Positions 52,964 to 64,000 of a stretch of DNA of 64,000 nt are shown here, in pieces (the stretch's first letter is position 1; every line of letters begins with the position of its first letter). Under the pieces are notes generated by a model. It was given only the letters and a program-made list of their open reading frames with translations. It did not search any database and was not told the origin of the DNA. The translations under genes were made by a program, and so were the position numbers. This DNA comes from Lama glama (lineage: Eukaryota), in the NCBI GenBank assembly GCA_028534125.1, contig CM052841.1:24428001-24492000 (forward strand). Direction: 5' to 3'.

Positions 52964-53597
52964 GTCAAGGAAAAATAAAAATATACATTCCATTTTTCAC
53001 ATGATGTTCTGCCAAACCCCATGCCCCATGACCACACACATTTCTAGACACCACCTTATGCCATACGAGCAGTCAGGTCTTCCACTGCCCTGAAGTAGAG
53101 ATTGGGAAAGCAGCACGAGGCCAGCTAACAAGTCGAAGGGGACCGTGGTGGTCACACAGCTGTCAGGCGCTTCCAGCAAACTCTGGATGGGAAGCCAGTC
53201 TCGGCTCTTAGGGTGCTGTGCTCCCGGTCCTCACCACCTCTCCAAGTGCCTTAACTGCAAAGTCTATCTTTGCAATGTTGATTCCTGATGTCAGCGTGCC
53301 ATTTAAGATTACCCAATTTCAGGCTTCCTGTCCTGTGCAATACTTTACACAAGTTATCAGGAGATAATGTTGTCCTCACCAGTTTCCTGTTTATCAGTCT
53401 TCCCCCACTGCTAAAAGAATGTATTCTCTTCCATACCCTTGTTCAAAAAAAAAAAATCTTCCACCACCACCTTTACAGGGGGCAAAAAAAGCCTCCAAAT
53501 GAATCTTTTTCAAGCTGTGGTTTCTACATACCCAACACCATGGTGCAATGGTACACTGTGCTCTCTGCGGTGCCCGCCCCTTTCTCAATGTGATGGC

Positions 53598-53676
53598 ACC
53601 ACCATTCTTCAGTTATCACAGTACTGTACCTTTCAGATATACAGCATCGGTACCATGATAACCGAAAAAGGACAGT
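53598..53676 (-). ncRNA. MIR101-2: microRNA precursor mir-101-2 (mature miR-101-3p 53608-53628; 5p arm 53644-53665)
   Basis: Minus strand ACTGTCCTTTTTCGGTTATCATGGTACCGATGCTGTATATCTGAAAGGTACAGTACTGTGATAACTGAAGAATGGTGGT folds as a hairpin and contains UACAGUACUGUGAUAACUGAA. It is sense-oriented in the last RCL1 intron, as known for MIR101-2. Confidence 0.98.
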
Positions 53677-54369
53677 TCAGTCTCATGTCTACTTGAATAT
53701 TTCCTCCTACCCAAGGCCTGCTTCCCCAACTCCCCACCCAGAGGTAGCCACAGAATGATCTTCCAGTATACAGACACATGTACACACAGATGTCAGTGCT
53801 CAAACAAACTGTTCTCAGCAACCTCGTTTACTATCAGCGGGAATGCTTCTTTCACTGTGCTGTTTAGAATTCAAGACTTTCTGAGGATCTGCTCTTTTTG
53901 GAGAGTGACTGTTTTAATACCCCAGCAGTCAACTTCTGATAACATCCCACAGCCTCAAACTCACCTCCGCATTTCCCTCCTAGTCCAGAGGTGTTACTAT
54001 GGACTTTGCCTCTTGGACAAAAAGGCAGTTCCTTTAGCCATGGCTGGGGAAAACAGAGATTTAAAAAACTAATAACAATACCCAAGCTATAACAGAAGCA
54101 GGAGTTAACCTCCAAAATGGAAACAAGATCTAAAGCACAGACAAAAGAACATTTCCAATATATATCATGGATCCTGAATGACATGGGAATGACAGATAGG
54201 AAGGAAAGAAAGGAAGGAAAAATCCTCATTAAACACCAGATGTAAGTGACAACCTCCAGTGCACTTAAGGATGAGGACATGTATGGTGCTCAGTTCAACA
54301 CCGGTGTCATTTTATGCGACTGGAGGATTAAACTGGACAGCATAAGGAGGCTGAAAGAAGATAACTCAC

Positions 54370-54473
54370 GTGTAGGGAGAGAGCGGACCAAGGAGGACTT
54401 TGGAAACATCCTGCTGTCCAAGGGTCATGAGCAGCAGAGCCAGGCTTTGGTTGGTCGAGTCCACACATCCACC
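54370..54473 (-). CDS. RCL1: RCL1 coding exon (exon 8 equivalent), 104 nt
   Basis: tttatag|GGT GGA TGT GTG...CCC TAC AC|gtgagt, encoding GGCVDSTNQSLALLLMTLGQQDVSKVLLGPLSPY(T). Phase 0 start, phase 2 end. Not in the ORF track; read by hand. Confidence 0.97.
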
Positions 54474-55869
54474 CTATAAACAGAAACACTTCAAAGATTA
54501 ATCATTGTACCAACCAGATAATGGAAAACCAACAAAACAGAGGGGGAAAAAACAGACACAGATGCCTGAAGTATCAACCCACAGAAGAGCAGATTGCAAA
54601 GTTCAAACAATAAGAAAACTGGGTAAGTGACTTTTAAAGAGTAATCCTCCTATCCACTAACTTCAAGGGGTTGAACAGTTAATCAAAACAATTGTAACAG
54701 CCGACACTAACACAATGAACAGACATTTACATTTACCGAGGTATATCTAGTGAACAATTAAACTGTTTCTTCGTAGTTAAAGCAGTAGCAGGACACATAA
54801 GCAAAAAAGCATAGACATTTACGGGAAATGTATAGTTAATTACCAAGGGGTAAGTGAACACTGCTTCTGTTTATCTAATGTCAGATCACCACAGCTACTC
54901 TGACACGACAGGACCTTTCCCCTCAAGAGTGTCACCTACAGCACTTGTTCAGTTACGCTCAGAAACTGCCTGCCACGGGACATGAGATGTCCCTCTTTAT
55001 CTCTTCCCAGGTGCCTTAAAACTGGAGAAGTGCTTAAGTCAGATCCCTCCTTTCCTATTACTTATGCATTACTTCCCCCCACTTTTTCCTTCCAAATCAA
55101 AAAGCAGAAAAGGATTCCTTTCAAAAACTTTCTCCTGAGGTACAACTGCTTGGGCTGCCTTTCTTCTTTCAGTATTGAACTTCTTAACCATTTCAGTCGT
55201 TTTGCTTCTATGTGATGAGTGTTTCCATTTGTGTCTTAAAGACTACCTTTGTCTTGGATCATTCTCTCTGGGATAACTTTTTAAAAACAATTCAAATCTA
55301 TGCTGTACATAATGAAAGCAGGATGACTTCGAATCTCCACATATTTTGCACATGTCACAACAAGAAACCCAGTTTCCGATCATGGTATGTCACTGTCCAA
55401 GGCTAGGCTCTCCCAGACTCGGAATAGCACAGGTGGTTGTCCACTGCTGCTTAGGTGGATACACCTCTCTCCTTTTTAATGCCTGTAAGGGTAGGGATAA
55501 ATCCATTCTCAGGTGTAGACATTCATCCTCTACTGTCAGGCCCCACGTATGACACAGAGTAGGGAAATCGGGGGTGGATCCTACTGTTTGCTCTTTCTGA
55601 GTTAATAAAGGACAGTAAGTATTTATCTCATTTAGCAAATTTTAGGACTAGAAGAGTTATAACATGTTTATTTCCATCCAGAAGGAAAACTTGACCCGTG
55701 GAGAATGTAAGGACCAAAAAAACTAACTTTCAGAGAACTCGCTCCCTTTCATAAGACTGTCTAAAATTAAACTGTTGTCTTCAGTCTCTGCTTCCTATCG
55801 CTATGTCATTATTCTGCCATTCTCAATTATTTTTATTATGTAGTAGACCAATATTTTGGTGCAATAAAT

Positions 55870-56620
55870 ATATTAGGGTCTGTGTACAGGATACCGAGGA
55901 AGGAGAGGTGGGGCCACACTCACAGCAGAGGATGCAATCCTTGTGCCGAGTGGCTCCAACCTCTCTACAAAGAAGAGACAATGAGCAGGAACCAATAATA
56001 ATTTAAGGTTAGGATAAGGCTATGAAGCAGCTGTGGGCTGTGGGCACGGGGACTGCCAAGGTGGGCAGGGGGAGGAGTGCTCACTCACGTGGCACCAGAG
56101 GAAGGCTGAGGGGAGGTGGGGACTTGAGCTGGCCGTGGAGCAATGAGCAGGATTTAGAGAGGGAGGAAGAGAAGGAGGATGGGGGACACAGGACCCAGGG
56201 CCAGTAAGGAACAGCCAGAAGGTCAGCCTGAAAGTGGCTGCATGCTCTCTGTGGAGGAGAAGCATGTGAAACTGCAGGGAAAAGGTGGAGCCAGAAGCCT
56301 GATGTAGGGCTTTTCTAACTGAGTCAAGGGTTGTGACTTTATCTTGGGAAAGTGAGAAGCTGGTGAAGGTCTCTGAGCACAGAAGTAACAAGACAAGATC
56401 AGTGTTAGGAAGAAATTTAGACTGAAGAGGATGCTGGAGATGATTTGGAAAGGATTTCCCCTCTGCAAGTAGGGAGAGCCAGAGTGCGTATCAAGGGAGG
56501 AGGGGGTGACAGGGAGGAGAGTAGCAGATGGAGGCAGCAAGAGATGGGTAGGAAGGGCAGTTCCAGAAAGCCTGGAAGGGAGTCAAGAGGGCTTGCTAAC
56601 TGATGAGACATAATTAGATC
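55870..56620 (-). mobile_element. L2 fragment
   Basis: Purine-rich L2-like sequence (TTGTGACTTTATCTT...GAAGGTCTCTGAGCA...ACAAGATCAG). Confidence 0.6.
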
Positions 56621-57685
56621 AAAGGATTAAAACTTTGGTAATAAACAGTACCTTCAAAGGAGGTGGACTTTTATTACCTACTTAAACCATGTCACATCAC
56701 AGACTTATAAAGAATTATTCACAAAAAACATGAGGCATTTTCATCCTTTTAGCAATTAAAGATTATACACACAAACAAAGGAAGTTTTCGTAATGATCTA
56801 AAACAAAAAAGCTTGGTCCAGGCCCAATGAAATGGTTTAGAGTAGAACTTAACTAGAGTAAAAAAATAAAGTAAAACAACCTAATTCAGACTGCATGTGT
56901 TCTCTCTTGACTGTGCTTTCACCTTGCAGTTTATAATCTGCTATTACAGGGATATAAAACCCACATTCCAGCTGTGCCTGTAGGCTCCCATTAGGTTGTT
57001 CTGCAATGCGATGCATCCTATTCTCCCAGGTCTACTGGAAAGAAATGGATGCATCCCCACAGTCAAAGAGAGGGCCTGCCAACCACCACAGGACCAAGGC
57101 ACGGAAACTTGAACCAGACAATATGGGCTGAGGGACCCACGTTATCTCCCTCAAAGCCTTTCCTCACAAATGTTTAGGTGACTAACTTCTTGAACTAAGT
57201 AACTGACAGGGCAACGTCTTAATCATTTACTCCCAACTTTTAATTACTACTCATCTTTCAAAAAATCACTAAATTTAGCATCAAACATTGGACTGATTTA
57301 GCAACAAAAAAGCTGAGGACAGATTCTGACCACACAAGAATTGTGAGAAGATACTTCCTCCATTGGGGGGATTTCATATGATAGGACATTTCCTTCCTCT
57401 GCCACTTCCTAGCTGAATGGTGAGTAGCAGGGATAGGGTCACTCTACTGATGACACAGTTATAGGCTGTCTTCCATTTAACTAGATGGACATTACATAAG
57501 CTGGAAATTTTAGTGAACTCTGAAACAGTTCATTTTTACCTACTGCATCTTGCAACCAATGAGACATTTAAAAGAATGCTGACTCGGATCAGGGGAGCAG
57601 ACTGTGAAGATAAGCTGTTTTCCTTAGTAAGACCTGTGCAGAGATCAATACCCATGACCCTGCTACAGTGATAAATAAATTACTA

Positions 57686-57777
57686 GGGGGTGGGGTATAG
57701 CTCAGTGGTAGAGTGCATGCTTAGAATGTGTGAGGTCCTGGGTTAAATCACCAGTACCCCCATTAAAAAAAAAAAAA
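57686..57777 (+). mobile_element. short tRNA-Ala-derived SINE (tRNA head plus poly(A)), antisense in RCL1 intron 7
   Basis: GGGGGTGGGGTATAGCTCAGTGGTAGAGTGCATGCTTAG...GGGTTAAATCACCAGTACCCCC followed by an A tract. Short flanking repeat AAATTAC at 57677-57683 and 57775-57781. Confidence 0.85.
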
Positions 57778-58039
57778 TTACAGTGGCAAAAGGAAGAACT
57801 AACAAAACTACCACTGTACCTGCCTTAGTGGGTTTATTTCACTGGGTTCACATTTGATTTTTGCTACTTTAAACATAGCAAAACATCCTTGAAGACATCA
57901 GGAAAGAACTACAGAGATGTCTAGCAACTGAGAATAAATACAAAGGTAAGAACAAAGAAGAAAGGCACTTCTGCTTTTTAGCTGGAGAAGAGACGATTTA
58001 CAAACACTACACACCATCCAATAGCAAATCACCCAGAGC

Positions 58040-58262
58040 ACAGTCAGCCCTCCACATCCACTGGTTTAACCAATCGCAAATGATGTTTAATTTCCATTGA
58101 CTGAATTAGCAGATACAGAACCCGTGGATACTGGGAGGAGAGAAGAGACAAAATAAACCACGCCGTTTTATGTGGATGACCTGAGCATTCATGGAATTTG
58201 ATATCCATAGTGGGGCAAAGGGGTCCTGGAACCAACCCCCAACGGATACTGAGAAACGACGG
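58040..58262. mobile_element. TcMar-Tigger MITE (MER2-like)
   Basis: CAGTCAGCCCTCCACATCC...GGGGTCCTGGAACCAACCCCCAACGGATACTGAGAAACGAC, with imperfect terminal inverted repeats. Confidence 0.75.
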
Positions 58263-58464
58263 TGCAGTTCTTGCTGATGCTCAGTTCAAGAATGTGGGCC
58301 CTAGTGTGCATACACAGCAGAGGAAAAACCATCCCTGCAGCCTGTCCTGGATTTTCTACATGTCAAGGAAAAGGTTTCACCTTCCTGAGGCAGAAAAAAA
58401 CAGTGCAGATTAACAGAAATCTTGGAGCAGAATCTGCGACGCTCCTCTAACACCAAGTATATAG

Positions 58465-58530
58465 ACTTGTTTTTTGTTTTTTTTAATTGAAGTATAGTCA
58501 GTCCCAATGTGTCAATTTCTGATGTATGGT
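58465..58530 (-). mobile_element. very short young L1 3' end (cetartiodactyl/camelid type)
   Basis: T-rich tail followed by AATTGAAGTATAGTCAG...CAATGTGTCAATTTCTGATGTA. Confidence 0.6.
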
Positions 58531-59394
58531 CTCCTAAAGCATGAATTATCAGGCAGCTTCACCTTATTTCTCTTGCCAACATCTCTCCTTCTCCCCGAGT
58601 TCTTCCTTGCTTATTTGGAGTCACCTCAACTATCTCTGGGAAACAGAGTAAAGTGTGTGTGTGCAGATGTGCATATTGCTCATACAGATCAGAAGAGAAA
58701 GAACTGTGGCAACTGAGGACTGGTCGGGCCAGGCTGGCCTGAGCTGTGTTCCACCAGCGGAGTTGCAGAAGTAAAGCAGTAAGTGGTGCATCTGGCCTTC
58801 AGCATTGTGTCACCTTTTCTTTGTCCCATGTTCTCATCTTCCCAAGCTCCCTACCATGCTAACACAGGCCTGACTTTCCCAGACATACTTCTGTGCTCCA
58901 GAACACCCTGTAAAATCTAGCCCGTTGACACTGTTTCCCATCTGAATTAACTGTCACATGCAAATCCAGACTTCCAGCTTCTTCAAAAATGTGAAAAGCA
59001 TGAGCCCCCACTGACCTATGGCAATGAATGGAGGGCTGAGAGACGGTATCTGCTTTGATCAGGATGGTGTGTGCTCTTCAATTGGCCAGTCTCCATCTAA
59101 CATGCTTCATTTTTACCTTCTCTCTCCTGTATAACACTGTTTCGGTTCTTTGCCCTCCCAACTGAAACTTACCTGCCCTGTGTCCCACACCAGTGGGAAT
59201 AGATCTCTGCTCATTGGCTCGTTTAGCCAACCCATTAAACTAGTTAATGCTAAATTGTTTAAAGGGTAGGAACAGGTTAATTCCTTGACTGAAGAGCTTG
59301 GAAGAGGAAGAAAGTTGCTAACAAATAAAAATGAGAGACAAGGAACTGCTTTCTGGTGGCTCCCCTCCCAGACCTGCAGAGGCTGAGGACATAC

Positions 59395-59551
59395 CCTATA
59401 GATTTCTTCGAGCAGCAGCTTGGCACAGTTCCTGCCGAGGTCCTCGGGAAGCACTGCTGCTCCCTGGCCCTGGGGGTTGGAGGCCAGTTCAGCACTGAGG
59501 AAGGTGCCGTTGGTGGTCTCAGCAACCAGAGACAGCCCAAAGCCCGGAGAC
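59395..59551 (-). CDS. RCL1: RCL1 coding exon (exon 7 equivalent), 157 nt
   Basis: ctccag|G TCT CCG GGC TTT...ATC TAT AGG|gtatgt, encoding SPGFGLSLVAETTNGTFLSAELASNPQGQGAAVLPEDLGRNCAKLLLEEIYR. Continues the previous exon in frame (AA+G = Lys). Confidence 0.97.
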
Positions 59552-59633
59552 CTGGAGATTCAAAGGCACAGACACTGAGTAGCACTAATGAACTGGAGAT
59601 TCAAAGGCACAGACACTGAGTAGCACTAATTAA
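59552..59633. repeat. 41-bp tandem duplication covering the RCL1 exon-7 splice acceptor
   Basis: CTGGAGATTCAAAGGCACAGACACTGAGTAGCACTAAT occurs at 59552-59589 and 59593-59630; 40 of 41 bases are identical over the period. Confidence 0.97.
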
Positions 59634-59899
59634 GTCGGGTTCACATTCATCAGTAAAAAAAAAGAAAAGAGAAAAAACATCTTTCTGTTGGTACTCTCTC
59701 TGGTTACTTCAGGCCTTACTAGAGTTCCTACTCGCTTCCTCTGGAATTGTACGTGATGCAGTGAGGGCACACATGGCCAAACAGAAGGAAGTACAAATTT
59801 GCTTTTCCTATTAGCCCTCCCTTCCCCCACTTCCTACACTGTAAAAGATCCTACTGTGGGAGTCTGTAACAATCAACACTGACAGCAACACTAACAAGG

Positions 59900-60080
59900 G
59901 CTACCAATTATCAAGCACCTACTTCCCACCAGTTTCTGAGCTAGGGGCTTGACACTACTCTGCAGAGTAAATATTACCACCCCCCATCTTACAACTGAGG
60001 AAACAGAGAAATCAAGCAACCTGCACCAAGTCCACACAGCTAGAAAGAGACTGAGATGCATTTTAAATGCAGATCTCCCA
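59900..60080 (-). mobile_element. MIR SINE
   Basis: CCCCCATCTTACAACTGAGGAAACAGAG...CACACAGCTAG. Confidence 0.7.
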
Positions 60081-60292
60081 GACACCAAATGTTTGTTGGC
60101 GCAAAGCTTTCATGCACCCAGGAACTGGGGCGCTGTGGTAAACACAAGAGTTCCTGCTCTCATGAGGCTTAGTGACAATCAGTTTGATGCAGAACAAAAT
60201 CAGTCCACAAACAATAAGAACAAGCACCTCTCCACAAAATTTCCAGAGTTGACACTTCACATCTACCTTGCCCAGTGCCTTTAAAATAAATT

Positions 60293-60513
60293 CAGCTGAC
60301 CCTTTAACACGGGTTTGAATTGCGTAGGTCCACTTATATGATTTTCTTCACTAAACACGTACCACAGTACTGCATGATCCTAAGGTGGCTGAATCTGAGA
60401 ATGTGGAGGAACCACAACACACGGATATGCAGGATGACTGTAAGTCATACTCGGGCTTTCGACTGCACGAGGGTCAGCACTCCTAACCCTAGTGCCGTTC
60501 GAGGATCAAACAG
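60293..60513. mobile_element. TcMar-Tigger MITE (MER8/Tigger2a-like)
   Basis: CAGCTGACCCTTTAACACGGGTTTGAATTGCGTAGGTCCACTTATA...CCTAACCC...GTTCGAGGATCAAACAG, with terminal inverted repeats. Confidence 0.8.
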
Positions 60514-62559
60514 ACATACTGCCTAGCAGTACACTCCACATGCAATCACGACACAGACCTGCCTACTCTAACACAAATCAGGATACATGTTCATGAAGCA
60601 TTTTCTATGCATCTAGCACAAAACTAGCCAAAATATGTGTTTCACAAAAACTACAAGTAAAATTAATAATGTTTCAAATATGTGCTATGAGCTCATGGTA
60701 GGGAGGGAATTTACTGGTCAGTCCTTAATTTCTTCAAAAAAAAAATTGATTGTCTATATAGCCAAAGGTTAATTAACACCTGCCAAGGGAAGAACATGCA
60801 GTAAGAACAGAGTTTCCAGGGCACCCTGAGTCACGCTTAACAACTTAACACTGTACCCCCCAGCATCACCATGGGACGTTGAAAGCATAATTTCAAGTTG
60901 CCTATGAGTCACCCAACCAGGAGGCAGGAAGGGGCACCCAGCTCATCAGTAGGGGCAGAAGCACACAGTGGAGGGAGGGAGAACCAGGAGAGAGGCTACT
61001 ATCACTGCTCTAACACACTTACCTGTCTTTCCTAAGAACTTCCGAATTCTTCCATCCATGTGAAACTTCTGAGGTGTGTGTACTTTTTATTACAATACAC
61101 TTTATGTTTAATCAAGATTGTTCCATTTGATATCGTATTAGTTTTACAGAAAACAACAAGATAACATATTACGCTCTATGTATGTCACTTCAATTTCCCC
61201 TCCACATTTGGGGTACGTGTGTTATCAGGCCTATTTCAAGCTATGGCGACAAAGCATCTGGTCACCAGGTGACTCACTGAAGATGTGTATTAGTACAGTT
61301 TGCAAATGACAGCCTTTAAAACTTCGGTATAGGACTAGATTTTTCAAGAAGTCATGATGATGAGAATCAAAATGGGATCACACTGAACAAATGTGTGCTG
61401 GACAAAGAGCTGACACAGGCCACCAAGAACTGCTGGCCCCCAAGGTTCTAGGCCACAGCCACAATATAAACTCTCACTCCTAGACTTCAGTAAGCCTAAC
61501 CTGAGTGGATACTTCACTGAATTACCAGAGGAAAACACCCAACCATGACTTTATAGTGTCATAATGGAGAAGGAAGATCACCCTTTGTCAACTGTAACTT
61601 GAGATTCAGAGAGCTAAACACAAACTTAACAACATGCATTGGTTTTACATGTAATTTTTTAAGTGGAGCTTGGAGCAGATGACCCACGGGGCTAAGTGTG
61701 TGAGCTTCCTATTTGCTATTAGTAAGCATGGGCCCAGACCAGCATTAGGGTCAGCTGAGTCAATGGCATTAGAAAAACCCATATGATAGCTAGGGCAGCT
61801 CGGCCCTCACTCCTGCTACCCTCTGGTCAAGCAAGAGGCCAGACAGATGAGACACTATGGAGATCAGGCCATTCAGAGCTGCTGCTACTCACCCTCCCCC
61901 ACCCCTGGGAACCTCTCTCCCCTTAAATCCAGACCTGTGGCCAAGAAGGGAAGAGAAAGGAGAGAATGGCATTAGCAGTTCCCTTTTCTGCAGCACCTGC
62001 TATGTGCCAGGCATTGCACTACTGGCTGACAGATATGATCTTTTAATCTTTATGGTAAACCTAGGGAGGCAGGTGTTATCACTTCCATGGTATGAAGGAG
62101 GAAAACACCAATGTATTTGAGCAATACACCAAAGGTTTGGGACCATCACTGACCTTTCCGACTCCCTGCTCTGCACACAAACCCTTTCCCAACTGTAACC
62201 TCTGACACTGCCACCTCTGATGCTTTGGACTGTGAACAAGCACCGCATTCCTAAAATCACCTTCATCTCTCCCTTGGGCTTCATGAAGGTCAGAGACCCC
62301 ATAACACACTCAGCCCCTCCTTTACTCTCTTTCCTTCTTTTACTGAAGTTAAAAGCTCAGATGGAAGAGCTACGAAAAAAGATGAGCTCTGGTACTACTT
62401 AGGAAAAAACTGATTTCTTAACCCACCAAAGTCAGTCTCTGATGTTCTCATTTTTTCAAAGACGTAACCTGAAAACTTCAGAATCAAAGCGTAATGATAC
62501 TGTCATTCACACTGAAATGGTTCAGCAAAAACAAACAAACAAAAAGACCCCAAAAATCC

Positions 62560-62690
62560 ACACAAAAGAAAAGCAAATTTGGCAAAATATTCATTAACTA
62601 CAAGCAGTAGGAATAGGCAGGTGTTCACTGAATTATCCTTTCAACTTTTTTGTATACTGAACATTTCCATAATTAAAAAATTAGTTTTTA
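62560..62690 (+). mobile_element. L1ME-like 3' terminal fragment
   Basis: GGTGTTCACTGAATTATCCTTTCAACTTTTTTGTAT...TTTCCATAATTAAAA. Confidence 0.6.
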
Positions 62691-63283
62691 ATTGCTTCTC
62701 TAACTTACTGGTTTCTAAATATGTAACTAAAGCCTAAAACAGATATTTTCATTACACAGATCATCATTAACATTTTATTTTCTGAAGTGAGGTTTTCCGC
62801 TAGGACTTTAACTAAACCGAACTCAAATCTGCAATAACAACTTTCTTTGGCTCTTAGGGTGTTGTTCCCCTTGAAGGAGAGAGAAGCCAACTGGCGCTCA
62901 GACCAACAAAGGATTTTTTTGCCCCAAACTGTTATTTACTCAGGGTGGAAGAACTTGTTGACTTTAATTTTCTATGGGAACAGAGTACAGAAGGGATTTA
63001 AAGCTTGAAGCACTGTTTATTAATAGCTGGGTTTTAATTCCCCTAGGCTGGCCTCTCAACCCCTCCTCATCCAACACTGGGCACTGTGATGCTTTCCATG
63101 TGACAGGCGCTCAAAAGATGACTATTAGTGACAATGGCAATAAGTTGGAAGGAAAAGAATTCTGACTCATTCTTCCTCTGGCAGCCCAACCTCTGAGCTG
63201 GCAACTTTAGCTTCAATCAGAACAGAAGCATGAAAAACACCAGGGTGGCTGCAGAATCGGGCTCTAAAAATGCAGACACTTAC

Positions 63284-63409
63284 TTCCCAGAATTGACTCC
63301 TTTCATGTGGTCTGTGTAGATATAGATATCGGGTATAAACTTGTTGAGGATGCTCCTTGCAGAATCCACAATACGGTTTGCCATTTGAGGTGAGACACGA
63401 ACTGAATAC
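63284..63409 (-). CDS. RCL1: RCL1 coding exon (human exon 6 equivalent), 126 nt
   Basis: Minus strand ttgtag|G TAT TCA GTT CGT...TCT GGG AA|gtaagt, encoding YSVRVSPQMANRIVDSARSILNKFIPDIYIYTDHMKGVNSGK, which matches mammalian RCL1. Canonical AG/GT, phase 2 at both ends. Upstream exons are outside the window. Confidence 0.97.
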
Positions 63410-64000
63410 CTACAACCTGGAGTTAAGGGTATCCTTCTGCTTGGACTCCAGACCAGAGGAAAGTCAGTCATAAAGCTAGCAAATGTAATAAACTGTATTA
63501 ACATAAAATAAACTGTAATAAAAACTGGAACCTCTAATTCCAGTCTATTCTCCAACTGTATTTAATTACCTAACCTCATAGTACCATAACTCAATTTTTA
63601 CATTATTATTTTTATTATTATTGTATTATAATTTTTACATTATTGTTATAAAAAGCTCTTGGTGAAAAACATCCAAACAATATAGAAACTTGGAAAGTAT
63701 AAAATAAAAGCTGCCAACCCTGCTCTAGACTGCCTACCCATCCCTCTTCCCTAGAAATGGTTCACCTCAGTTTTGGAAAAAGTAAAGGCAACTGCCTCTC
63801 TGTATGGCATGACGCAGGCTCCCTTTGAAGTATTCTGTGACCATCCTCACTGCTGTAACCAATGAGTCTCTTAGGAATCTTAGGACCAGAACAGACACAC
63901 CACTGGGGCTGAACTGGGCCAATCCCCACCCACCCCCTGGTATGCTGAAAAGGGAAGCAGAAAAACATTAGTGAAAGAGCACAGTGGGGCTGTTCAGAAA

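Noticed and set aside
59113-59619. Overlapping ORFs of 113, 102 and 87 aa
   Set aside because: They are exon-7 run-through into the intron, an alternative frame, and the antisense frame of a GC-rich exon. There is no independent gene evidence.
59552-59633. CRISPR-like direct repeat
   Set aside because: Only two adjacent copies with no spacer, in a mammalian intron.
63280-63555. 91-aa ORF as a standalone gene
   Set aside because: Only 63284-63409 is RCL1 exon. The N-terminal part is intron read in frame, and the stop lies in the splice donor.

Overview
Mammalian genomic DNA, most likely a camelid (camel/alpaca/llama), judged from two tRNA-Ala-derived vic-1-type SINEs and cetartiodactyl-type L1 3' ends. 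The right ~18 kb holds the 3' part of RCL1 (RNA terminal phosphate cyclase-like 1) on the minus strand: three complete GT-AG exons (63284-63409, 59395-59551, 54370-54473) and a terminal coding exon interrupted by an assembly gap (stop at 46085-46087), followed by a 3' UTR. The conserved intronic microRNA MIR101-2 lies at 53598-53676 (-). The left ~45 kb is repeat-rich intergenic DNA (L1, L2, MIR, MaLR/ERVL/ERV1 solo LTRs, hAT and Tigger MITEs); by human synteny, recalled rather than seen, it runs toward JAK2. There are three N gaps. No other ORF in the track looks like a real gene. I found no clearly new biological system. The best leads are a 41-bp tandem duplication of the exon-7 splice acceptor, an apparently non-AG acceptor and oversized gap at the last exon, the lack of a canonical poly(A) signal for ~3.6 kb after the stop, and clustered GATA/ETS/RUNX and AP-1 motifs in RCL1 introns. 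Repeat subfamily names and most repeat boundaries are by-eye estimates. Exon numbers follow human RCL1 as recalled.
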